The notes beneath the pieces are model-generated. The model was given only the letters and a program-made list of their open reading frames with translations, was not told the origin of the DNA and made no database searches. This document shows, piece after piece, positions 54,480 to 64,000 of a stretch of DNA of 64,000 nt. Both the position numbers and the translations under genes were made by a program. The stretch comes from Macrostomum hystrix. Its lineage: Eukaryota; Animalia; Platyhelminthes. The stretch spans positions 15,190,001-15,254,000 of the forward strand of contig CATNEN010000038.1 of NCBI GenBank assembly GCA_950097015.1. The letters run 5' to 3'. Positions within the stretch are counted from its first letter, which is position 1. Every line of letters starts with the position of its first letter.

Positions 54480-55492
54480 CACTCATGGACTCAAATTATC
54501 AACTACAGACTCAACTTATCAACTATGGACTCAAATTATCAACTACAGGCTCAACTTATCAACTATGGACTCAACTTATCAACTACAGGCTCAACTTATC
54601 AACTATGGACTCAACTTATCAACTTCAGGCTCACCTTATCAACTACAGGCTCAACTTATCAACTACAGGCTCAAATTATCAACTACAGACTCAACTTATC
54701 AACTACAGGCTCAACTTATCAACTATGGACTCAACTTATCAACTACAGGCTCACCTTATCAACTACAGGCTCAACTTATCAACTATGGACTCAGCTTATC
54801 AACTATGGACTCACCTTATCAACTACAGGCTCAACTTATCAACTATGGACTCAACTTATCAACTACAGGCTCACCTTATCAACTACAGGCTCAACTTATC
54901 AACTATGGACTCAACTTATCAACTATGGACTCACCTTATCAACTACAGGCTCAACTTATCAACTATGGACTCAACTTATCAACTACAGGCTCACCTTATC
55001 AACTACAGGCTCAACTTATCAACTATGGACTCAACTTATCAACTATGGACTCACCTTATCAACTACAGGCTCAACTTATCAACTATGGACTCAACTTATC
55101 AACTACAGGCTCAACTTATCAATCACAGGCTCAACTTATCAACTATGGACTCAACTTATCAACTACAGGCTCAACTTATCAACTACAGGCTCAACTTATC
55201 AACTATGGACTCAACTTATCAACTACAGGCTCACCTTATCAACTACAGGCTCAACTTATCAACTATGGACTCAACTTATCAACTATGGACTCACCTTATC
55301 AACTACAGGCTCAACTTATCAACTATGGACTCAACTTATCAACTACAGGCTCAACTTATCAATCACAGGCTCAACTTATCAACTATGGACTCAACTTATC
55401 AACTACAGGCTCAACTTATCAACTACAGGCTCAACTTATCAACTATGGACTCAACTTATCAACTACAGGCTCAACTTATCAACTATGGACTC
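54480..55492. repeat. 20-bp minisatellite with two alternating variants
   Basis: Units aactatggactcaacttatc and aactacaggctcaacttatc. Confidence 0.97.
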
Positions 55493-55574
55493 ACGTTAGA
55501 AACTATTGACTAAAGTTATCTCTTACGGACCTTAACACCTAGGTATTGAAGTTAGCAAATATGGACTTCTAATA

Positions 55575-55925
55575 GGGGGTCGGTGGCAGAGCGTTTATCG
55601 TGTTTGCCTCTCGCACCACGGTCCTGAAGTTCGATTCCACGGCGAGGCCACATTCATTTGGGGCGCAGCCGCGGAGAGAAGGCTTGAAGGCTTTTCGTGT
55701 AATTTACGCCCTTGAGGGCCAACCTCCAAGGCACAGTGAAGTGCACACTGCCTGACGATGAGAAAGTCATAGCAGATGTACACACCTGTGTGCGTGTGAG
55801 CTCAGGAGCCAGCGGAATGGAGAGAACTACCTTCTTGCTTGCTGCGGGTCTAGTGTCACTAAATGATGTGCCACTGTCCAGCAGCCCGCCCGCAATTAAT
55901 TTATTATTATTATTATTATTATATT
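55575..55925 (+). mobile_element. tRNA-derived SINE family 1, copy E
   Basis: A/B boxes, (TTA)n tail, imperfect TSD tatggacttctaat / tatggactcgtaat. Confidence 0.9.
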
Positions 55926-56569
55926 ATGGACTCGTAATGTTACCTATTAGAAAGTATTGCACCAAAATAATATCATAGATCATGCTAAACTAATAAACAG
56001 TTTCTTTAGTTTTCTTCAGTACCTTATAGTAATATAAGGTGTTACAAACAATTTATAATTCACATTGTGTTGATAAAAAACTTGATTATTTTCTTTCTGA
56101 TCAATCCAGCATGTGCTGGATGGCCATTGTGGTTAATGTGCAGCCTGGAGGACAGATTTCAAAACGCCATGAGATTTTTACCCACTTGCCTTACTGAGTC
56201 CATGAGTGTACTCTCAGCGGAGTCTGTGCTCAAAGCTAATGCACTGCCTGCACACTGCCCATTGTCAATCGCATCCTGGTTACCTAATTAAATAGCTGAG
56301 CACAGGCTAAAGCCTCTCTTCTCTCTTATTCTATGTTCTTCATCTTTGCAATCTTTTCTTATTTGATACTCCATTTAATCTGGTCTAATTTCTTCCAGTT
56401 CTTATTCAATACTTGGTTCAAAGTTTTCCTTGTAGCGATAAAGACAAGCGCGCGTGTAATAATAGAAGTTTTTACTGTCGCTGATCTACTTTGGTAAGTA
56501 ATTGGGATTACTTCAGGAACTTCCATGCGGTCTTAAGTTCGAATCTACGACGAGAGGACATATCTATTT

Positions 56570-57900
56570 AGGGGATTATGATGGGATTCTTTATGATGGG
56601 ATTCTTTAGAATGGGATTCTTTATGATGGGATTCTTTATGATGGGATTCTTTATGATGGGATTCTTTATGACGGGATTCTTTATAATGGGATTCTTTAGA
56701 ATGGGATTCTTCAGAATGGGATTCTTTAGAATGGGATTCTTTAGAATGGGATTCTTTAGAATGGGATTCTTTAGAATGGGATTCTTTAGAATGGGATTCT
56801 TTAGAATCGGATTCTTTAGAATGGGATTCTTTAGAATGGGATTCTTTAGAATCGGATTCTTTAGAATGGGATTCTTTAGAATGGGATTCTTTAGAATGGG
56901 ATTCTTTAGAATGGGATTCTTTAGAATGGGATTCTTTAGAATGGGATTCTTTAGAATGGGATTCTTTAGAATGGGATTCTTTAGAATGGGATTCTTTAGA
57001 ATGGGATTCTTTAGAATCGGATTCTTTAGAATGGGATTCTTTAGAATGGGATTCTTTAGAATGGGATTCTTTAGAATGGGATTCTTTAGAATGGGATTCT
57101 TTAGAATCGGATTCTTTAGAATGGGATTCAATAAAATATGATTCTTTAGAATGGGATTCTTTAGAATGGGATTCTTTAGAATGGGATTCTTTGGAATGGG
57201 ATTCTTTAGAATCGGATTCTTTAGAATGGGATTCTTTAGAATGGGATTCTTTAGAATGGGATTCTTTAGAATCGGATTCTTTAGAATGGGATTCAATAAA
57301 ATATGATTCTTTAGAATGGGATTCTTTAGAATGGGATTCTTTAGAATGGGATTCTTTAGAATGGGATTCTTTGGAATGGGATTCTTTAGAATCGGATTCT
57401 TTAGAATGGGATTCTTTAGAATGGGATTCTTTAGAATGGGATTCTTTAGAATGGGATTCTTTAGAATGGGATTCTTTGGAATGGGATTCTTTAGAATCGG
57501 ATTCTTTAGAATGGGATTCTTTAGAATGGGATTCTTTAGAATGGGATTCTTTAGAATGGGATTCTTTGGAATGGGATTCTTTAGAATCGGATTCTTTAGA
57601 ATGGGATTCTTTAGAATGGGATTCTTTAGAATCGGATTCTTTAGAATGGGATTCTTTAGAATGGGATTCTTTAGAATGGGATTCTTTAGAATGGGATTCT
57701 TTAGAATGGGATTCTTTAGAATGGGATTCTTTAGAATCGGATTCTTTAGAATGGGATTCTTTAGAATCGGATTCTTTAGAATGGGATTCTTTAGAATGGG
57801 ATTCTTTAGAATGGGATTCTTTAGAATGGGATTCTTTAGAATGGGATTCTTTAGAATCGGATTCTTTAGAATGGGATTCAATAAAATATGATTCTTTAGA
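56570..57900. repeat. 15-bp minisatellite
   Basis: Unit atgggattctttaga. Confidence 0.98.
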
Positions 57901-58246
57901 ATGGTATATTTTTACAAGGATCTCAATGTTGTTTTTTATGTTGGTGGAGAGAGAAAAATTCTTCCTGTTCCAAATAAAATGTTTGCAAATATTTTACAAT
58001 CTGTGTAAATATCAATGTACATTTTCTTTCTCAAGCCAGTGGTGACTTTCAACGCAATCATTTTCCAATTTAAGTCAGAATGGTTCACAATCGCAAAGTC
58101 TCGCAAAGTTTGGTAAAAATTGGTTGAGTCGTTTTTTCTTATAATAATGTTAGAAAGACAGAAAGAAAATCCTAAAAACTTTTAGCGTCAAATTTTATAC
58201 GAAACCTTTTTTAGACTTTCTACTGTTTCTAATTTCTACTTGGCTA

Positions 58247-61200
58247 ATGCCGACCGCATCTAGCGCAGCCAGCAGCCGACCAAGCACTGCGAAGTCCCAG
58301 CAGCAGCAGCAGCAGCAGTCAGCCAGATCTCAGCAGCAGCGCATCTCGGCCAAATCGCGACAAGCCGATCCTCTCGCCGTTTCGTCTGCCTCTAGCGCCA
58401 ATCCCAACTCGGGCGGGAGCGGCAACAGCGTTGGAGGCGGTGGAGGCAGTGGAGGCGGCGGCGGTGGCCAGCAGGGTGGCGAACCCTGCAAGGTGGTGTG
58501 CAAGCTGCAGTTTAGACACGAGACTGAGCCAAAAGCTGGTCATTTCTCCAACAGCGGCTTGCAGTTCTCGCGTAAGTTCCGCATGGCTAGTTGTAATGTA
58601 CGAACTAATATAGCTTTTCAGAATTATCAAAAGAATGACTCTCCGCGGCAGCAGTCAGAATATCTATGGTAAAAAACGCCGAAACCGCGATAGATTTAGT
58701 AAAATGAAACGGAGGCTGTCTATGGTAAAAAATATTTGAACAGCGAGATCGATTTAAGAATATCAAAGAAAGGCTTCTATGGTAAAAAAATTCGGAGCTG
58801 CGTTCAACTTAACCAAATAAACTTTCAATTTAGGAACCAGAGACCACTATAATAATTTTTTTCATGACAGCAATCAACTAACAATTTCCCAGTTGGTAGA
58901 ATTTTAGATTAAGTGTTTTCGCCCATTCGTATTTTTTACGACATTGCTATTTCAGATTACATCGAGTCATTTTCTTTCGGGTTGCTTAAGATCCAGCTTT
59001 TCTCTAATTTAAGTGATTCAAATAGCCGTGAATGAAACAAGCCCAACCGAAGCCGCCCCGTCTCCACCCACCGAATTCTTCGAACTAGTGAGCAACTCGC
59101 TCGGCCTTCTAAACCGCACCAGCGCCGCAGCCGAGCAGGATCGCCAGAAGACCGATCACAACCTGCAGAGCCTTCTGGTTCAATCTCTTCGCGAGGTCAG
59201 CCGGCAGAAGCTGCGCTCTTTCTTGACCGCCTTGCGCACCGCCGCCAGCTCCGAGGGCGAGCTCGCCAAGGCCGATCTTCAACGCCTGGTGGCGGAGCAA
59301 AAGTTGCCGTTGAACGAACGACTGCAGAGCCTGCTAGCCCGCACCTGCGATGTTGACGGCGGAGATAGCGGCGTCATTGACTACGAGAAGCTGGCCGGTT
59401 GCCTAGGCAATGCCCACCGGCTGACCAGACGCGACAGCGTTGACGCGGCTCAGGAGTCCGAGGTCACCACCACGGAGCTGCTGCGCGAGGACGACCGCGA
59501 CCAGGAGCTGGTCATGCGGGCGGTGGAGCACTTCGTGACGCACCACGCCTACTTTGACATACCGGCGTTGAAGGCGGACCTGCAGCAGCGGGACACTGAC
59601 AAGAGGGGCCGAATCGCACGGAGTGAGGTGCGATGGTCCTGTAGAGGGGTTTGGAGTCACGGAGTGGCAACGTGTTCGAAACTCGCACCAAATTAGTTAT
59701 ATATTTGTATACAATACACTAGAGGGGTGAGTGGCAGAGCGGTTAATGCGTTTGCCTCTCACACCAACGTCCCTGAGCTCGATTCTCGATGCTCGGAGTG
59801 AAGGCTTGGGGGGGCGTCATCGTCCTGACGGTCAGGGCAGATGTACACCCCTTTGAGCATGCGCCTGTGTACAGTATCTGTGTGCGTGTTTCCTCAGGAG
59901 ACAGCGAAGTGGGCAGAATTGCCTCCTCACTGGCTGCAGGTCTTGTCTCAAATAATGTGCCATTGCCTCAAGCCCTTCAGCAATTATTATTATTATTCAA
60001 TAAACTTACTCATCTTTTTGATTTTCCATTGCAAGCCACAGATTGTGGAGTCGTGCATTAAACACGACTGTCCGGTGTACGGCGCCGTGTTCAACAGTCT
60101 GCTGAAGCGATGCGACGCCGAACGGAATGACGTCGTCAGGTTGGCTTGACTTGAGCTAAATAGGCTTTATGGAGTATACGCTATTGTCTGTAGAACAGTC
60201 ACGAAATTTTGTTCCCAACAGACAAATTGTTCTGCAATTTACTCCCATCCAAGGGCCACTTTTGAGGGGGTCGGTGGCAGAGCGGCTAACGCGTTTGCCT
60301 CTCGCACCAAGGTCCCGAAGTTCGATTCCACGGTGAGGCCACATTCATTTAGGGCGCAGCCGCGGAGAGAAGGCTTGGGGGCTTGTCGTGCAATTTACGA
60401 CCTTGAGGGCCAACCTCCAAGGCACAGTGAAGTGTACACTGCCTGACAATGAGAAAGTCAGGGCAGTTGCACACACCTGTGTGCGTGTGAGCTCAGGAGT
60501 CTGCAAAATGGGCAGAATCGCCTCCTCGGGCTCTGAATCAATCCTAAGAATTGGCCCAAATGCTTGTTCCTTGTTAGACCATAAAAGCTTGAGTAGAGCT
60601 GATACTAAATATATTTTTTCAAACCGCATAGCTGGCCCGAGTTCGCCAGCTTTCTTGAGCGAGCTCAGGAGATCTTCTTTGAGCACGTGCCTGACGCACC
60701 CAGAGTGGCGCCGGAGAAGCAGAACACCCCGACTACAGCCCGGATCGAGATGCAGAGCAAGCTCAAGAGTTTAGCTTGGAAGGTAGGCGATTTTGATTTA
60801 TTCGAATGTATTAAATATACTTATTTATAAGAATACTTTCGATACTTGTCGGCAAAGTTGCCGTTTAGCTAAAACTGTTAAAATCGTGAAGGAGCCGCAG
60901 CGATCAAGGTAAGAAGACTGGACCGGGGAAGGGTTCACAGCTGAAACATTGTCAGGCTAGATAGTTGAAACTAGTCTAGGGTCGATAGTTGAAGCTAGTC
61001 TAGGGTCGATAGTTAAAAACTAGTCTAGGGTCGATAGTTGAAACTAAGTCTAGGGTCGATAGTTGAAACTAAGTCTAGGGTCGATAGTTGAAGCTAGTCT
61101 AGGGTCGATAGTTGAAGCTAGTCTAGGGTCGATAGTTGAAGCTAGTCTAGGGTCGATAGTTGAAGCTAGTCTAGGGTCGATAGTTAAAAACTAGTCTAGG

Positions 61201-63053
61201 GTCGATAGTTGAAACTAAGTCTAGGGTCGATAGTTGAAACTAAGTCTAGGGTCGATAGTTGAAGCTAGTCTAGGGTCGATAGTTGAAGCTAGTCTAGGGT
61301 CGATAGTTGAAACTAAGTCTAGGGTCGATAGTTGAAGCTAGTCTAGGGTCGATAGTTGAAGCTAGTCTAGGGTCGATAGTTGAAGCTAGTCTAGGGTCGA
61401 TAGTTGAAACTAAGTCTAGGGTCGATAGTTGAATCTAGTCTAGTGTCGATAGTTGAAGCTCGTCTAGGGTCGATAGTTGAATCTAGTCTAGGGTCAATAG
61501 TTGAAACTAAGTCTAGGGTCGATAGTTGAAACTAAGTCTAGGATCGATAGTTGAAACTAAGTCTAGTGTCGATAGTTAAAAACTAGTCTAGGGTCGATAG
61601 TTAAAAACTAGTCTAGGGTCGATAGTTGAAACTAAGTCTAGGGTCGATAGTTGAAACTAAGTCTAGGGTCGATAGTTGAATCTAGTCTAGGGTCGATAGT
61701 TGAAGCTAGTCTAGGGTCGATAGTTGAAGCTAGTCTAGGGTCGATAGTTGAAGCTAGTCTAGGGTCGATAGTTGAAGCTAGTCTAGGGTCGATAGTTGAA
61801 GCTAGTCTAGGGTCGATAGTTGAATCTAGTCTAGGGTCGATAGTTGAAGCTAGTCTAGGGTCGATAGTTGAAGCTAGTCTAGGGTCGATAGTTGAAGCTA
61901 GTCTAGGGTCGATAGTTGAAGCTAGTCTAGGGTCGATAGTTGAAGCTAGTCTAGGGTCGATAGTTGAATCTATTCTAGGGTCGATAGTTGAAGCTCGTCT
62001 AGGGTCGATAGTTAAAAACTAGTCTAGGGTCGATAGCTGAATCTAGTCTAGGGTTGATAGTTGAATCTAGTCTAGGGTCGATAGTTGAATCTAGTCTAGG
62101 GTAGACAGCTGTAAGCAGAAAGATTGATGTTGAAATGAAAAGGCAAAGATTGAGGTGTCAGACCGGAATTCCGAACCGCCCCTGTCCGCGGCGAATAAAT
62201 CCCAGGCGCGCAACATGGATCCCGTGAAGGAGGCGGCTAATGAAACGCCAGCCGCTGCCGGCACAAAAGCTGAAGTTGAAGCGCCTAAGAAATGGCCGCC
62301 CCAGCTTAAGGTTCCGAGTTTTACTGATTGCCGTGAATCACAAGTATTCAAAGCATTTCCCAATGTCCTAAGCACCCTTAACGTACAATCACCCTTAATG
62401 CACTGGGCACTTTTGTTTCATTGACTGATAAATTGACTTTTGTAAAGTCACAAAAGGGTTAGTTTTTTTATGCACTTTATTAGAAAATATGGATCGAAAT
62501 AGCTTGTAACTTAAGCTAGATCCTCTTTTTAAAAAACACCGGAAAATCTTCTATTTACTTTTGACAATTTGGCACAATGTCTTTAAACTGAATTAGTTTT
62601 TTTGTTTTATTCGAGTATAATTTTTTAGAAAGTGTGTGTTTTATAGCCTGCAATATTTTTACAGCGACTACAAAAACTTTTGTTAGACATTTTTGTGCAG
62701 TGTCGCCCTATTAAGTTGTGTCTTTGTTATCAACGGCTTTATAACCTTGAAACTCCATGCTCCATCTACTCTGTAGCGAGTGAGCGCGCATTTAAACAAA
62801 AGCGCTTTCTTATTTACGTATTTTTTTCATCCAATCAGCGCAGAGAGGACGCCCTGAGGTCCGCCGCGGCCCAGCAGGCCGCCAACAGCTTGCTGGCCTC
62901 CTCCGGTGACGTCATTCGAGTGACGTCACCGCTGATGACTCATCAATCGGTTGCGCCGGTCGAGGAGAATTCGGGTGTAGGAAGCGCCGGCGGTGGAGGC
63001 AGCTCAGAGGCCAGCAAGAGTGGCAAAGCCGCCCTGCTCAGAGGCATGAAAAG
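58247..63053 (+). CDS. Uncharacterised EF-hand-like protein (C1orf87-like), multi-exon, 3'-partial
   Basis: Exons 58247-58571, ~59014-59627, 60042-60139 and 60632-60782 are phase-consistent; later exons (~60832-60908, ~62149-62310, 62839-63053) are less certain. EF-like loops DTDKRGRIARSE and DAERNDVVSWPEFASFL; VIDYEKLAGCL. Confidence 0.6.
59724..59997 (+). mobile_element. tRNA-derived SINE family 1, copy F (internal deletion)
   Basis: Head and 3' part present; about 100 bp of the body is missing. Confidence 0.85.
60266..60530 (+). mobile_element. tRNA-derived SINE family 1, copy G (3'-truncated)
   Basis: A/B boxes and body through gggcagaatcgcctcc. Confidence 0.88.
60958..62100. repeat. 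24-bp minisatellite (intronic)
   Basis: Unit gatagttgaagctagtctagggtc. Confidence 0.97.
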
Positions 63054-63574
63054 TGAGTAAAGAATCACGGAAATCGGATTTGTTAGCGGGCAACGAAGAT
63101 TTAGATTCAATCTAAAAACTAATCTATTAAAAATCACTGCATAAAATTTCTGCATCCACTTAGAAATGAAAGCCTTGGAGGTGTTCTTTCGCTGTAAGTC
63201 AATTGCAACATTTATAATGGCCCTATAATTATACTTTTCATGGTTATACACTCTAAGTAATATAGAAAAATTATTATCATCTTGTACATCAGTTTATTGT
63301 TTGCCTACTGAGTTTGAGTGCTTGAACATACATATTTTGTTTGTTTGTCTCTTTTTCTTGCCGCGAAAGCACAGGTGATAGTGAACAGGGTTGCTATGCA
63401 AAACGATATATTATTTTTTGCCTTTGCTTTTTTGAACCAACCACAGTTAAAAATGCATAGCTTACTCGTTCTTAGACATTACCCTGACCTGATGAAAATT
63501 TCAAGTTAAACTTACGTTTTGCTAAATATTAGCACTTTTAAATGCTTATTTATGAGAATAGATTCTTGTTGACA

Positions 63575-64000
63575 ATAGATCCAGGATGAGAATAGACCCA
63601 GGATGAGAATAGACCCAGGATGAGAATATATCCAGCATGAGAATAGATCCAAGATGAGAATAGATCCAGGATGAGAATAGATCCAGCATGAGAATAGATC
63701 CAGGCTGAGAATTGATCCAGGATGAGAATAGATCCTAGATCTAGGATAATAATAGATCCTAGATAATAATAGATCCTTGATGAGAATAGATCCAGGATGA
63801 GAATAGATCCAGGCTGAGAATAGATCCTAGATCTAGGATAATAATAGATCCTAGATAATAATAGATCCTTGATGAGAATAGATCCAGGATGAGAATAGAT
63901 CCAGGCTGAGAATAGATCCTAGATCTAGGATAAGAATAGATCCTAGATAATAATAGATCCTTGATGAGAATAGATTCTTGATGAGAATAGATTCTTGATG
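63575..64000. repeat. 17-bp minisatellite, runs off the window end
   Basis: Unit gagaatagatccaggat. Confidence 0.93.

Overview
Eukaryotic (metazoan) genomic DNA with spliced GT-AG genes, CAG/polyQ-rich exons and very dense minisatellites (about 25 different arrays, roughly 19 kb or 30% of the window). The style resembles a free-living flatworm such as Macrostomum, which is inference only. Genes reconstructed from splice sites and reading phase: the 3' end of an ankyrin+IQ (inversin-like) gene; TRMT44; an MFSD4-like transporter with a large mucin-like loop; an intronless, divergent TTLL10-like ligase with altered catalytic motifs; ARHGAP39 (WW-WW-MyTH4-RhoGAP, minus strand, one GC-AG intron); UBTD1/2, head-to-head with ARHGAP39; an HSD17B12/KAR-like SDR; and a C1orf87-like EF-hand gene running off the right end. 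UBTD intron 1 contains a decayed mariner and a nested antisense four-TM gene. Mobile DNA comprises seven copies of a highly structured tRNA-derived SINE, one CORE-type SINE, and two or three small TIR/MITE families. Most long ORFs in the supplied track are artefacts of tandem repeats. No CRISPR, rRNA or bona fide tRNA was seen, and no novel system can be established from sequence alone. The strongest leads are the paired and inverted intronic arrays, the nested four-TM gene, the TTLL10-like candidate pseudo-enzyme and the structured SINE.
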